A DNA stretch of 64,000 bases, taken from positions 74,710,001 through 74,774,000 of the forward strand of contig OX597816.1 of NCBI GenBank assembly GCA_951406725.2, given 5' to 3'. Made by a program: the position numbers and the translations under genes. Below the pieces are notes generated by a model that saw only the letters and a program-made list of their open reading frames with translations, was not told the origin of the DNA and made no database searches. This document shows, in pieces, positions 14,920-31,750 of the stretch (positions within the stretch are counted from its first letter, which is position 1; every line of letters begins with the position of its first letter). Source of the DNA: Octopus vulgaris (Eukaryota).

Positions 14920-15856
14920 TGATTGATTGATAGATATAAACAGACATTAGTATTTATATAGATATAGAAACATATACACATATGTTTGTATGTATGTGTG
15001 TGCGTTTGCGTGTGTGTGTGTGTGTGATAATAATATAAGTATGTATCTGTGTACATTTGTCTAAAATGAAAACAAAAAAGATACAAAATGAAAGGTTTAT
15101 GCTTATCGCAAAGCTGGCTAAAAGATCGCAGATCACCCAGTTGATATCACACCGTACGAAGAACTGAAAATGTCTTTGGTTATTTGAAATGTTTTGTTTC
15201 CTTTAAAAATACACATCAGTAATGGCAATGTTTTGCAGTGACACGATCGAATAATTCCACTCGTACTTAAATTAATTTGCTTCTTCGATTCTTTTTAGTG
15301 ACAAAGAATGGCATTCAGGGAATTATTAATATTTTATTCCTTGCTTCTGTGATGTGTGTTTTAGTTTCTGTGGAATTTTTTTTCCCCTTTTATTTATTTA
15401 TTATGATTTGGTCAAATGAAGAAAGGCAGCGCATCTGGTCTTTTGCATAGCGTTCAAAATTAGTGACAGTTAACCTAAATGAACTCTACTAAAGACACCC
15501 AATGACCAATGAGCGGATGATGGAATATTTCAATAATCCAAGAACGTGAGCGTTCCCTTCTCCCTCCGATGTGCTTCCTCGTAGTTTCCATCTATCAAAT
15601 TATATTCAAAAGGCTTTTGGTCGTCCTTAAACACTGGTAAATGATATTTATCATGGATACCATTCAGTGAGATTGAATCGGAATCCACGTGGCTGCGAAG
15701 CAAACCACACAACCATACTTGTGTCTAGATTGTGGGTCTGTTGTTCATAATCATCCTCGGTGTCCGGTGTGAGACACATTAACAGTCTACTTCTTGACGA
15801 ACATATGATCAGATGTTTCATTTGTTATAAAATTCATTAAAATGTTTTGGTATCTG

Positions 15857-15901
<45 letters not shown>

Positions 15902-17482
15902 GTTGTTGTCGTTGTTGTTGTTAATGGTGTCTTTTAAACCCAGGTCAGATCTCATCTAGCAAGCCTATGATCTCAGCCATTCCAGTTATGACCATTCCAG
16001 CTATATCCATTCCGTTTTTTTATATATAAATATCGAACATCATTATGCAATGTCTTTCTTTTTTTGAAACCGGTAGGAGATAGGACATAAGGGATATTGG
16101 GCTGTTATTTCTAGCAGGTGAAGTAACCACATAAAGAGTCCTTTGCTGACTCGCTTAATTTTTGTAGCTTTTGGGTGGGAGGTTACTGGGTGCAGAAGAT
16201 AAGGCAGTGCGTAGTGTGAAGATGTGAGTCCTTATACTCCAGAGACGATGTCCTTTTAACAACTGTTGGCTTTCCAAACTCTAATTTTGTTCCAATTACT
16301 TTTAGGTTTGATTACAACATATTGACTGAAAACAGGAGTACAGGAGTACAAGAATACAGGACTACAGTAATTGTGTCTTATAATTAAAAAATAGTTAAGT
16401 ATTAGCCCATCGTTATTTAATTCCAAAACGGTTCTGACCAAATGTCTTCCAGCCATTACCATCCGCGATTTTGTTTTGAAATATTATTTAGCACTTCCTT
16501 ATGCAATGCATCCTTTTTTTTATTAAAGACTGTTGGTTGTGATTCGGAGAATTCTAGCTGGTTGCATGACCACTTACATACCTTGTCATTGGCTCCTGTA
16601 TATATATTTTTTAGTATGGAAGAAAAACCGCCCTTTGAATTTGGAAACTCGTTCGTTGTGTCTGGTGGTGTCCTTATCACAAATAAAAATCATATCTTCT
16701 GGGAACGATATATGTTGACAGTTCTATTATTGTGTTCTAATTATATTTTTTTCCTGAAACTGATTTTATTTTTCGTTCGTAAGAGAGGAACTCACTCAAG
16801 TTAAACACTTTTTTTTTTGTCAATGAACCACATATTTCTGATGTGTATTTCATATAATATTTTTCGAAGCTTGAATCATCTTCCACACATTTTACAGTCA
16901 GCATTTCACGGATTTTTGCTGCCCTCAACAAGCTAAAAGACAACCCCAAAACATATTCAGAGTGTATGATATTCATTGATTTATAATTTGTTGTCGAATG
17001 GCTTCCATTTCCCCAATAAAACGACGTCAAATTAGTTATATGACAACAATGCCCTTTTTTTATATATATTCCTTTTTCTTTGCATGTCATTCCGGTGTAG
17101 ATGAAAAAAAAAAAAAACAATATTGAAAAACATTTCAACGACTCCATATTTCTTCATAATAACGTTGTACATATAGCCATATAGCAGTAACGGTTCTTAT
17201 TGGCGTGGGTGTTGGTGGTACTTACAGTGGCTATAGTAGTGGTGTTGTGCAGTTAAGATTCGTTCGCTTGCATATGGAACAGTTGCCAGGCTAGCCTGAA
17301 TTGTTTGACTGTTTGTTGTAAAAGTCTTTCAAATTCTAAGTTAAAAGTTTCACATTTTTTTCTTATCCGTTATTGAAATTATTTCTTAATTGTTTCCTAA
17401 TATTATCATCCAAAATTCTTCACATCCTATCAAGCACTATCTCTTATTTTCAACCATTTCCTTTAGATTCCTACCATAAAGT

Positions 17483-17582
<100 letters not shown>

Positions 17583-17736
17583 TGTTGTTGTTGTTGTTGT
17601 TGCCTCTGTCGTCATCGTCGTCGTTGTTCTCACGTAGCAGCCGAATTGAGAAAAAGATTTCCTACACAGTAGGGGAAATGATCCAGAATCGACCAACCTC
17701 TTATTGAAAATAACACATATAAATAAAGTGGGAGTG

Positions 17737-17834
17737 AATAGAATGATAGAATATGTGAATAATAAAAGAGAGTGGTGAAAAGACGAATAGAATGATAGAA
17801 TATGTGAATAGTAAAAGAGAGTGGTGAAAAGACG
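17737..17834. repeat. Tandem duplication of ~48 bp
   Basis: gaatagaatgatagaatatgtgaata.taaaagagagtggtgaaaagacg occurs twice in tandem. Confidence 0.85.
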
Positions 17835-18877
17835 TTTACTTTGAAAGTTGATCAACCTTAATACGAGTTCTCACGTTAAAACGTGTATCTAATTTCTCAA
17901 TGGAAAACCACCTTGGGTGCAATAAAATTTATGAATAATTCCAACATTTTGCCAACATATGTATTAATAATGGCCGCCGGTAATTTCGGCATAGGAATTA
18001 ACTTTCAATTAATATTTCACATCCAGTTTACTTTTACAGATAGTTACTCTAATCACATGACTAAGTTTCACGCAAGCAGTATCAGCACAAATCTGTGTGT
18101 GTGTGTGTGTGTGTGGCAGAATTGCTAGCACGCCGTTCTGAGTTTAATTCCTCCGAGATCGACTTTGCCTTTCATCCTTTCGGGGTCGATAAATTAAGTG
18201 AAACACCGGGGTCGATGTGGCTTTGTTTAGGATGAGGATCTCCTTGTCAAGGGAGTCCCCACACACTATGGCCCCAAATCCTTCTGCCGCGGTACTATCT
18301 AGAGTCACACGCGATGTCAAGAAGATGGGTTGCAACGGAATGCCGCTAGCTCCAATGTCATTAGAGCTACGCCTTTCTAGCCAGTCCGTCTGGATCAATC
18401 GTTGAGTTCGGAGATCTAGCTTCCTCCGCTTGATCTACCGTTGGGGTCTTGGTTTGGTGTGGTGAGGGACAAGGACAGCGCTCCTGTGCCCTTGTTTGAA
18501 CAGATCTTGTTTTTAGTTCTGATGGGTACCCTCACACCCTCCTCCAAGATCCAGCAAGCTGAGCCAAGAGGGGAGCCGGTTTAGTTGCCGACGATCCGAC
18601 CATGACTGAGAGAAGCAGGAGTACAAGGTTACCCATTAGCTGGTTTCTTCTTGATCCAACTCTTCTTTACCCTTTTTTTTTTCTTTTTTTCTCTCTACAA
18701 AAGTCCAACGGCGATGGGGTAAGGATGGTGGGAGCAGGCTTGGTTTGGTATTTCGAAGCGTTATCTCGTAAAGTGATTTAAAGTATACCAGTAACATAGA
18801 CCAACGCTGCCGTCATTGAGATGCAAGTACCAGTGTGTATTGGCAACTTGTGATTAGTAATTAAATCAAAATGTATG

Positions 18878-19200
18878 AAGGCGCGTGGCTTACTGGTTCG
18901 GGTATTCGGCCCATGATCGTAAGATCGTGAGTTCGATTCCTGAGGGCACGTTGTGTCTTTGAGCAAGACATGTTATTTCGCGTTGCTCAAGTCCGCTCAG
19001 CTGGCAAAAATGAGTAGTACCTGTATTTCAAAAGGCCAGCTTTGTCACATTTTGTGTCACGCTGAATTTCCCTGAGAACTACGTTAAAGATATGCGTGTC
19101 TGTGGAGTGGTCAGCTACTTGCACATTAATTATATAAGCAGGCTGTTCCACCGGTCGGATCAACTGGAGCCTCGTTATCGTAACCGACGGGGTATCAGTT
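18878..19200 (+). mobile_element. tRNA-derived SINE with a distinct head/core but family B tail type 1
   Basis: A box tggcttactggt, B box gagttcgattcc, core gtgtctttgagcaagaca; 3' ~150 bp aligns by eye with 1960-2115. Confidence 0.8.
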
Positions 19201-19351
19201 TTAATTCAAAATGTCGTCCATGCAGGAATTTAATGTACTTATGAAGTCTGAATATAATTAGTCCTTTTTCCATTTACAAATATCGCTGCTGATGTGCATT
19301 CAATGCTTTAGATGGGTAATCCAGATTTTCACGTTGAAACTGAGATACATA

Positions 19352-19906
19352 CGAGGGTGAGTCAAAATTAATGCCATTTTGTTTAGGACAGGTATAATTA
19401 CCAGCACATGAACATGTATCATACCTCAAAATGAAGCTGGTCCTCTGTGGATCACATCCCTACTTCTCACCGTTTCTCTCAATAGCAATGTTCCACTTTC
19501 GAATGAGAGCATGTATCCCTGCCCTGTAACATTCTGTTGATTGTTCTTTGAACCACTTCTTCATTACAGTTTTCATTTCCTCGTCACTGGAATGTTTGCC
19601 TCTCAAGCCTTCTTTCATGGGGCCGAAGAGATGATAGTCTGAAGGTGTTAAATTATTCCAGTGACGAGGAAGTGAAAATTGTAGTGAAGAATTGGCTCAA
19701 AGAACAGTCAACAGAATTTTGCGTAGCAGGGATACAAGCTCTTATTCGAAAGTGAAACATTGCTATTGAGAGAAACGGTGACTATGTTGAGAAGCAGGGA
19801 TGTGGTCCACAGAGGACCAGCTTCGTTTTGATGTATGATACATGTTCCTGTGTTGGTAATTATACCTGTCCTAAACAAAATGGCATTACTTTTTGACTCA
19901 CCCTGA
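19352..19906. mobile_element. Fold-back mariner derivative made of two inverted right ends
   Basis: TA-cgagggtgagtcaaaa...ttttgactcaccctga-TA; ~240-bp imperfect arms. Minus arm plus spacer encodes PSDYHLFGPMKEGLRGK..SSDEEMKTVMKKW; plus arm encodes SSDEEVKIVVKNWLKEQST...IERNGDYVEK. Confidence 0.88.
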
Positions 19907-21039
19907 TACATAGCTAAAATTAGTGGCAAATTTTCATTGTATCGTGTCAACTCTGCGGCTTCAATCATTTGTTTCAACTCATACAAACTTCAGTGACAGT
20001 TATCTAACCCTTAAAACAATTGTCCTTTTTTTATAGTTAAGTTATACAAATGCGCTGTAACACTTGCCATGATTTTAATGGTTGCCTGATATTATCTGAC
20101 TTTCAAAACAATTGTTAAAAGCTCATTGCGTGTTTTAGGATCCGTAATTTTTTAAAAGCATCGTTATTCTTCTCAAATAATCTTTTTTCCGGCTGCACTA
20201 AATTCTCTAGCCATATTCTACCTAGTTGCAAAACATTTCACGTTTTTCTTTGATGTATTAATCTATAATCTTGTTACGCTTTAAATATCAATTCCTAATT
20301 ATTCAAACGCTCTTCAACTGTCGCTCCGGTTACAATGATATCGTATATAGATGCTACACAGTTCTTTTTTCCAGATAATATTTGATCAAAAAAACGTTAA
20401 TATATAGCAATCACATCAAATATCCTGGCTGGTATTTGCCTCTATATTTGAAGATCAAAATATATATTTTATCACAAGTCATTTTTGTGCTTCTTTTGTT
20501 AATTCGATATTTAAATATAAACTTTTAAATAAATTGCACTAAAGTTTTCCTACTCTCATCTGGGTTTTAGACAGCGAACTTCTTCTATGTATTTGTTTTC
20601 GGAGATTAAAATTGCTAGATTCGAAACTTGCCGTTCATTTTCCAAATAGCGACGTAATAACTTTGGCTTATTGGTTCTTAAGTGCCGTTTAATCCTTCAT
20701 GTTCTAATTCCCATGTCATCTTAGCCTTTAAAATGTTGATAATTTGACCTCCCTGAAAATTGGTTTTGTATCTGGACATAATCGAATTATGGCTTGCATT
20801 TTTGTAACGCCTTAATCCAGATGAAAGTACTAGAGAATACGTAATACATAAATTGTTACAATATTTACATCAGTTGCATTATAAGCATTATCACTATTAG
20901 TAATATCAGTAATACTATAGAGCATAGATAACGGAGATCTATTAAATGCTTTCAACCAGTTCATCACGAATAGATTTGAACATTACAGGATTGATTACTA
21001 CAGCTTCTAAATTTTGATGGTTCAATTTCACTTTTACTC

Positions 21040-21190
21040 ATATTATTTACATTTGACGGATACTTGTCCTCATCTTGTTTGTTGTTAACACAACGTTTCG
21101 GCTGATATACTCTCCTTCCTTCATAAGGCGTCTTGGGGAAATTTCGAACCTGGGTTCTCATTCCTAAGGTATTTTTCGATGTTATTATTA

Positions 21191-21242
<52 letters not shown>

Positions 21243-21268
21243 CATTATTATTATTATTATTATTATTA

Positions 21269-21331
<63 letters not shown>

Positions 21332-21357
21332 TCACTGCCTGGAATCAAACTCGGAAT
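21040..21357 (-). mobile_element. 5'-truncated short element: B-box-like motif, (AAT)n tract and degenerate hammerhead
   Basis: Minus strand ccgagtttgattccaggcagtgacctg-(AAT)n-...gacgc-cttatga-agg...gcc-gaaa-cgtt-gtgtt. Confidence 0.5.
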
Positions 21358-22722
21358 GACAATATCCGGCAGATGGTGTTCGATTACACGACCCGTCTGA
21401 AAATCATAGTCCCAGAGTATCGTAACTTTTCCATAATTATCCTCCTGCATAACTTTACCTGGTATATGCTCATACCAGTTCTCTGTTACTTCGTATTAGT
21501 TATTTACGGCATAAGAGCCAATGAAGATACACACACACTTTATCGTGGCGGCGCCTGTATTCTTTTTGTGCAAGGCTCTCACATCCACTTACCAAGTGGG
21601 TCACATTTTCCACACTCTTTCAACAGAATCTGCATTTCTGGTTATCAGAAGTTTTATAGATGTTATACTTCACTGACTTGGTAACGAAAGCCTAGTCTTG
21701 TGCAGCAATGATCAGGCTTTCGGTGGTACACTTCAAATCACCTCGCTCAACCCATGCTCACGATGCTGTATTATCCTTAACGTCCTGTGTATTCCTTTCA
21801 AACTGTCCATGCTTTCTCATTTCAAGGTCTTTCTCTTCTCCTCAGGTCTTTGGTTAACTCTTCCTTGCCCATCATTTCATCTGCATTTACGTTCATATCT
21901 TTCGCGGCATATTGCAACAGGTTTTCATCACTATTTATCAAATACTCGGCAAGCATTCTCCTTTCACTCCTTATACAATGGTCTATACTAATTAGTCCTC
22001 AGCCACCATTCTTTCTTTTCAAATACAGTCTGTTTACGTTTGCTTTAGAGTGTAGCGCTCCATGCAACGTCGTCAACTTTCCCGTCCTTCTATCCAGTGT
22101 TGATATTTCCTCCTTAGTCCACTAGAGAGGATGGACGCACTATATTTGACTACTGCAACTGCCCAGATATTCATTGCGGTAATCAAATTTTTGGCATTCA
22201 GGTTAGATTTCAACACCATCTTCGTCCCTTTTTGATATGCCTCGCTGACTTTGACTTTCATTTCTCTGTGTAGAATGTCATCCAGCTCCAAAATCCCTTA
22301 GTATCTATACTCACTACCGTCGGGTTCACCCATGGTCTCTGCTGGTGGTAACTGCAATCCTCTGCAGGCTGCTTTTTCCCCTCTTCTCATATTAAGTACT
22401 GAGCATTTGGTAATCCCAAATTCCATATCGATATCCCTACCACATTTCTGGACAGTTTTGATTAAGGAATCGATCTATTTTTCAGATTTCCTAAACAATT
22501 TCAGGTCATCCATAAACATAGGCTGGTTTAATGATGGGCCTTTCTTCCCACATCGGTAACCCATCTTAACTTATCTAAGTGTCATTGTTATGGGTATTAG
22601 TGAAATTACAAATAGTAACGGAGAAAACGAGTCACCTTGGAAGATACCCCTTTTAATATTCACTTCTCCAAGGAATACATTACTTGAGTACAATTTGGTT
22701 TTCCACACTTTCATGCTATGCA
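21358..22722 (-). mobile_element. R4/Dong-like (restriction-like endonuclease) non-LTR retrotransposon fragment
   Basis: RT motifs IKRGIFQGDSFSPLLF and FMDDLKLF, LNAKNLITAMNIWAVAVVKYS, CCHC knuckle (CRFC...THLVSGC...RRHD), RLE motif ILWDYDFQTGRVIEHHLPDIV; multiple stops and frameshifts; 5' end abuts (TAA)n. Confidence 0.88.
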
Positions 22723-22744
22723 TATTATTGTCATCATCATTATA

Positions 22745-22803
<59 letters not shown>

Positions 22804-23265
22804 TTCATTCATTCTGTTCATCATGTACGCGTACGTGTGTACTCGCCATTATTTTATTTATTTTATTCAATTTTAGAGAAATTGAAGCATGTCTTTGACA
22901 ATTCCGGGCATATTGAACTTATGTGCGTGACTTTTGGCCCACCCTATATAAGATTGTCTTTCCTTCTTAAGAGCCTAATATTTAATTTATTAAGTTTTCC
23001 GCTTCGTAACCAATCCACGAAAGTAAATAGACAGGTGTCTCATTGGTCGTTCCATTGCAAGAGAAAGAGTCATCTTGCTTGGAGTCAAATTTAAATTTGG
23101 TAGGGTAGAGCACACATTTATCTTGTTTAATTTAGGATCCTTAATGTTCGTATTCAACAATAAAATCTTCAATACTCGTATATAACTATTGCGATTTCCT
23201 TTAATTTCATCAGTACAAGATAACTGAGAACTTCGTAATTAGACAATATTATTCTTTAATTACGT

Positions 23266-23576
23266 GGATGCACATGGTCTAGTGGTTAGAGCAGCGGACT
23301 CGCGGTCGAGGGATCGCGGGTTCGAATCTCCGACAGAGCGATGTGTGTGTTTATGAGCGAAACACCTAAGCTCCACTCGGCTCCGGCAGAAGGTAATGGC
23401 GAACTTTTGATGACTCTTTCGCCACAACTTTCTCTCACTCTTTTCTCTTGCATCTTGCAGCTCACCTGCGACGGACCGGCGTCCCGTCCAGGTGGGAAAC
23501 CTATACGCCAAGGAAACCGGAAAGCCGGCCCTTATGAGCCAGGCGTGGCTCGAGAAGGAACAACAACAACAACAAC
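23266..23576 (+). mobile_element. SINE family B, tail type 2 ending in (AAC)n
   Basis: Same head/core as 1764-2115; tail gcgacggaccggcgtcccgtccagg...ggaaaccgg...tatgagcc...ggctcgagaagg(aac)n. Confidence 0.85.
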
Positions 23577-23963
23577 ATTCTTAAATTACACTGTAAGATA
23601 TTGTTGCTAAAGAAGAAAAAGAGAAAGGAAAAATATTTTTAGCAACAACAAAAAATAAGATATACAAAAACAGTTCACTGAAAGTTTTTTTTTTCCTTGT
23701 CACAATTTGTTAGTTGTGAAGAAGAAAAGTTAGAGACAGAAGTGGAATTAGTTTTCATCAGTCCTGGGAGAATATCCATCGAGGCAATAATCAATCAATC
23801 ATAACCGCGTGCATCAATTATGCTGGTTGTAAGGGGGAAACGTTCAATTCCGTTTTCAGTGTTATGCACGTACATCTCTGTGTGGAGTGAACGGCAGTCT
23901 CTCCGATGAAATATGATCACAACCAATTTCTCTTTCTCTCTCTCTCTCTCTCTCTGCATTATA

Positions 23964-24064
<101 letters not shown>

Positions 24065-24082
24065 TTGTGTGTGTGCGTGTAG

Positions 24083-24640
24083 ATCACAATGGCCCAGTGG
24101 TTGGGGCAGCGGACTCGCGGTTGTAGGATGGCAGTGAGCTGGCAGAAGGCGGTGAGCTGGCAGAAGCGTTAGCACCCTGGGCGAAATGCGTAGCCGTATT
24201 TCGTCTGCCGTTACGTTCTGAGTTCAAACCCGTCAAAGTCGACTTTGCCTTTCATCCTTTCGGGGTCGATAAATTAAGTACCAGTTACGCACTGGGGTCG
24301 ATGTAATCGACTTAATCCGTTTGTCTGTCCATGTTTGTCTCCTCTGTGTTTAGTCCCTTGTGGGTAGTAAAGAAATAGGTTGTAGGATCGCGGTTTCGAT
24401 TTCCGGACAGGTCGTTGTGAGAGTTTATTGATCGAAAACACCTAAAGCTCCACGAGGCTCCGACAGGGGGTGGGGTAGCGATCCCTGCTGTACTCTTTCG
24501 CCACAAGTTTCTCCCCCTCTTTCTTCTGTTGGCCTGCTCGCTTAGCCAGTGGGGTGGCGTCATTTCAAGGCTAAAGCAATGCGAAGTGCATCGTGACCAG
24601 CGGTGTGTAGCACATCTGATAGCCTGGTCGGTCACGGTGA
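24083..24640 (+). mobile_element. SINE family B, tail type 3, with a family C SINE (24130-24377) inserted in its tRNA head
   Basis: ggttgtaggat duplicated at 24119-24129 and 24378-24388; tail ggcctgctcgcttagccag...gatagcctggtcggtcacggtga also at 60598-60790(-). Confidence 0.88.
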
Positions 24641-25194
24641 TATATATATATATCTATATCTATATATATATATATATATATATATAGGAGTGGCTGTGTG
24701 GTAAGTAGCGTGTTTACCAACCACATGGTTCTGGGTTCAGTCCCACTGCGTGGCACCTTGGGCAAGTGTCTTCTACTATAGCCTCGGGCCGACCAAAGCC
24801 TTGTGAGTGGGTTTGGTAGACGGAAACTGAAAGAAGCCCGTCGTATATATGTATATATATGCGTGTGTGTGTTTGTGTCTGTGTTTGTCCGCCTAGCATT
24901 GCTTGACAACCGATGCTGGTGTGTTTATGTCCCCGTTACTTAGCGGTTCGGCAAAAGAGACCGATAGAATAAGTACTGGGCTTACAAAAGAATAAGTCCT
25001 GGGGTCGAGTTGCTCGATTAAAGGCGGTGCTCCAGCATGGCCGCAGTCAAATGACTGCAACAAGTACAAAAAAAAAATACATATATATATATATAGGTTA
25101 GCAATAAAGTCACTATACAGTTATTTATAAAAATATAAATATGTTTGCAAATTGTTTTTGTTACATGTTATTCTTTTATCTGAATACCTCTATT

Positions 25195-25446
25195 TTAATA
25201 AATGTTGCTTACTGCAAGTTATGGATGATTCTTTTATGACTTCATTGCTTTCAGCCTTAGCTTAAGGTATTTTTGCGCCCGATATTACAAAAGGCGTCTG
25301 ACTAAACATTGCCGGACAGCAAATAGAGACTCGGACATTTCTTAGAAAATATTTTTCATTTTAAACCTCGTACATAGTACGCACTAGGGATTTTGACCTT
25401 TAAATTTTGGGGAAAAAATGCAGATTATACTCGTGGATTTACGGTA
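25195..25446 (+). mobile_element. Right half of the CCGTA-TIR MITE seen complete at 55968-56477
   Basis: Near-identical to 56232-56479, ending gattatactcgtggatttacggTA. Confidence 0.85.
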
Positions 25447-25493
25447 TACGTATGCATGTGCGTGTGTGTTTGGGTGGATGTGTGTGTGTGTGC

Positions 25494-25598
<105 letters not shown>

Positions 25599-26223
25599 CG
25601 CGCGTCTACGCATATACATTAAGATGATTCTTTCCCTTAGATAAGACAGAGTTGGAAAATCAGGAATGTTCAAGGTATGCAACTCTTGTTTACTTCAGCT
25701 GTCATGTTTTTAGATTGCTCTAATTTTCGTTCATTTTCATATATGATTTTTTTTTTGCTCTCCCTTCTCCTACAGGAATAAACAATATGATATGCAAATT
25801 TTATGCAAAAATATAAATGAAAGGGTGTTGGACTGACCATATTAGTAACATGTGATATTTAGTTTTGATCATCTACTTTCTGAGAACTTGTCGATAGAAT
25901 AAAACTGTTGTCATTACTGGAGTCGATAGAAGCGATTAAACCCATTCCAGAAATTTATACTCTCCCTTTTTGCTCTTTTACTTGTGTCAGTCATTTGACT
26001 GTGGCCATGCTGGATCACCGCCTTTAGTCGAACAAATCGACCCCCAGGACTTATTCTTTGTAAGCCTAGTACTTATTCTATCGGTCTGTTTTACTGAACC
26101 GTTAAGTTACGGGGACATAAACACACCAGCATCGGTTGTCAAGCGATGTTGGGGGGACAAACACAGACACACAAACATATACACACATACATATATATAT
26201 ATATGTATATATGCATATATATG

Positions 26224-28512
<2,289 letters not shown>

Positions 28513-28624
28513 ATTATATATATGTATATTTATATATATATATATATATATACATACATATATACATACATATATATATACATATATATACATATATGTA
28601 TGTATGTATATATATACGTATATG

Positions 28625-28918
<294 letters not shown>

Positions 28919-28927
28919 AATATATAA

Positions 28928-28974
<47 letters not shown>

Positions 28975-29476
28975 TAATAAATAAAACATATGCATATATA
29001 CATACATATGTGTACGTACCTACCTCTACATGTATATATACATGCATATATGGGTACAGGACACCAAAAAACGTCGAACACAATGAGAAATGAATACATA
29101 AACACAAAACCAAGGAACTGGACATTTTTCTTAAACAACGAAAAATAGAGTACAGGACAAATAACACAAGGAAAATTCCCCTTTTTCAGTCGCCATGGTT
29201 TCATCTACTCTGCGTTTCGAAGGTGAAGGCGATACGCATCTTCGATAGAAACTTTCCTTCCCGCGAAAAGCAAATTAAATAAAATTTGAGATCTTTTTGC
29301 GGAGGGGTAAAAATGGTAACAAAACAGGACAGTAACGACAGTACAAAATATAAACAGTAAAAGACAGGACAAGGAGAATAACAAGACAAGAAGGGCTGTT
29401 AAGCCGAACGAGATAAAGTATTACGAACGTTATTTTTGAGAACGGCGAAGGAGCAACAGAAAATGCCGTCTACACT
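28975..29476. repeat. ~500-bp interspersed repeat in (TA)n (second copy 61452-61955), possibly PLE terminal-repeat-derived
   Basis: Two highly similar same-orientation copies 32 kb apart, both adjacent to TA runs; no coding motif. Class is inference. Confidence 0.7.
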
Positions 29477-30659
29477 TCAAGATATATATATATATATATA
29501 TATATACGATGTGCTTCTTTCAGTTTCCGTCCACCAAATCCACTCACAAGGCTCTAGTCGGCCCGATGCTATAGCAGAAGACACTTGCGTAGGGTGCCAC
29601 GCAGTGGGACTGAAGCCGGAACCATGTGCTTGGTAATCAAGCTGCTTACCACACAGCCACTCCTTATAGTTTTGTTTTGTTTTGTTTTCGATTTTTCTTC
29701 TCTTTTCTTTTGCATCTTTCTGCATTCTGAGGTCAAACCTGCTTCTCTCCTCAAACGTGTAAGAGAGTAAAGTTGGTTGAATCGAAACCCACTAATTACT
29801 GGTTCTTACTCTAACTCACTTGTTACGATCATATCACAGCGGGATTTGACGATGATAATATTGAGGAACGATACTAAAATATTAAGAATCTTTATTACAT
29901 GTCACTATACTATTTTCTATTAATTGAGATTATCTTAGCTGCCTCTTTTTCACTTCTCGAAAGAACTACATTAATACTAATGTTTATTCCTTTTTTTTTT
30001 CTTCAGTATTTGTGTAATTTTAAACTGTAATTATAACATTTGTCATCATATAAAAATTGGCTCACTCCATCGATATATATGTATCATGCACTCAACTGTA
30101 TGTCCTTTATGCAGAAGGCGTCGCAGAGAAAATCTCCCATCATATTATTTCAAACGGCCTAGTCAGTGAATCTTTTTCAATCTGAACATATATCTTCTCG
30201 GTACTGCGAATAGCTGTTTGTTGCTTTTTTCTTTGTTTGTTTTTTTGTTTTTGTCTTTTGTTTTCACTCAGGAGGTCTAATAACACTGAAACTTACCCAC
30301 GGTTATCCCTGGGCTTGCTAAAGGTCAGAATTCACTTCTGTCTGTATTTTCCCAGCTATACAATTTGTAATCAATTTGTAATTCGGATTTCTCTCCCTTA
30401 TATTTCTTCACAAAATTTAACATTAAGGCTGATGATTACGTTTACATTAGGAGTGTTACTTTAATTTATTAACATTGGGGACGGATTCAGTAACACATTA
30501 TTTATGTTAGGCTCCACAAAACAAAAGATTACAGTGAGTTAAATAGATGCAGTTATGGCTTTGCACGTACACAAGATTCCAGGTTCAATCGAACAGCGTG
30601 GTTCCTAGAGCACATTCTTCGTTTATAGGTACCTTTTGGCACAGCCGTTTTGGCGCCGC

Positions 30660-30724
<65 letters not shown>

Positions 30725-30831
30725 ACAAAGTGGAGTTGTAAGGTACCGCACGAGTGGAATTATATATGAAAGAAGGTTTGAAAATCAATTTTAAAAGATG
30801 TTTATTCACTTGACCGGTTTCACTTTTTTAG

Positions 30832-30879
<48 letters not shown>

Positions 30880-30892
30880 TGTCAAAAGTAAC

Positions 30893-30973
<81 letters not shown>

Positions 30974-31204
30974 GTCGCTGAATCGATGCTGACTTCATTT
31001 TTAACTTTCATTGTTAACTAAAAAAGTTAACAATGAAATCATAACTGACATTTATTATAAACCAACTGACTCAAAACAATATCTTCTTCCATATATTAAA
31101 AATTATATTAAAACCATGTAAGTGTGCGTATTTTCCTTTTTTAATTTCTTATATACATTACAACCCACCACGTGGGGACAACCGAAATTCCTCTTTTCTG
31201 TTAC

Positions 31205-31320
<116 letters not shown>

Positions 31321-31718
31321 ATACAGGTGCAGGAGTGGCTGTGTGGTAAGTAGCTTGCTAACCAACTACATGGTTCCGGGTTCAGTCCCACTGCATGGCA
31401 TCTTGGGCAAATGTCTTCTGCTATAGCCCCGGGCCGACCAATGCCTTGTGAGTGGATTTGGTAGACGGAAACTGAAAGAAGCCTGTCGTATATATGTATA
31501 TGTATATATATATGTGTGTGTGTTTGTGTGTCTGTGTTTGTCCCCCTAGCATTGCTTGACAACCGATGCTGGTGTGTTTACGTCCCCGTCACTTAGCGGT
31601 TTGGCAAAAGAGACCAATAGAATAAGTACTGGGCTTACAAAGAATAAGTCCTGGGGTCGATTTGCTCGACTAAAGGCGGTGCTCCAGCATGGCCGCAGTC
31701 AAATGACTGAAACAAGTA

Positions 31719-31749
<31 letters not shown>

Positions 31750-31750
31750 G

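Noticed and set aside
16256-17147. Minus-strand ORFs suggestive of a decayed DDE transposase
   Set aside because: Candidate motifs are weak and in the wrong order; left unassigned.
18217-18775. GC-richer segment, possibly an L1/Tx1 3' fragment
   Set aside because: No diagnostic motif could be confirmed by eye.
23266-23340. tRNA-like sequences with A and B boxes (also other SINE heads)
   Set aside because: No convincing complete cloverleaf; each runs directly into a repeated SINE body.
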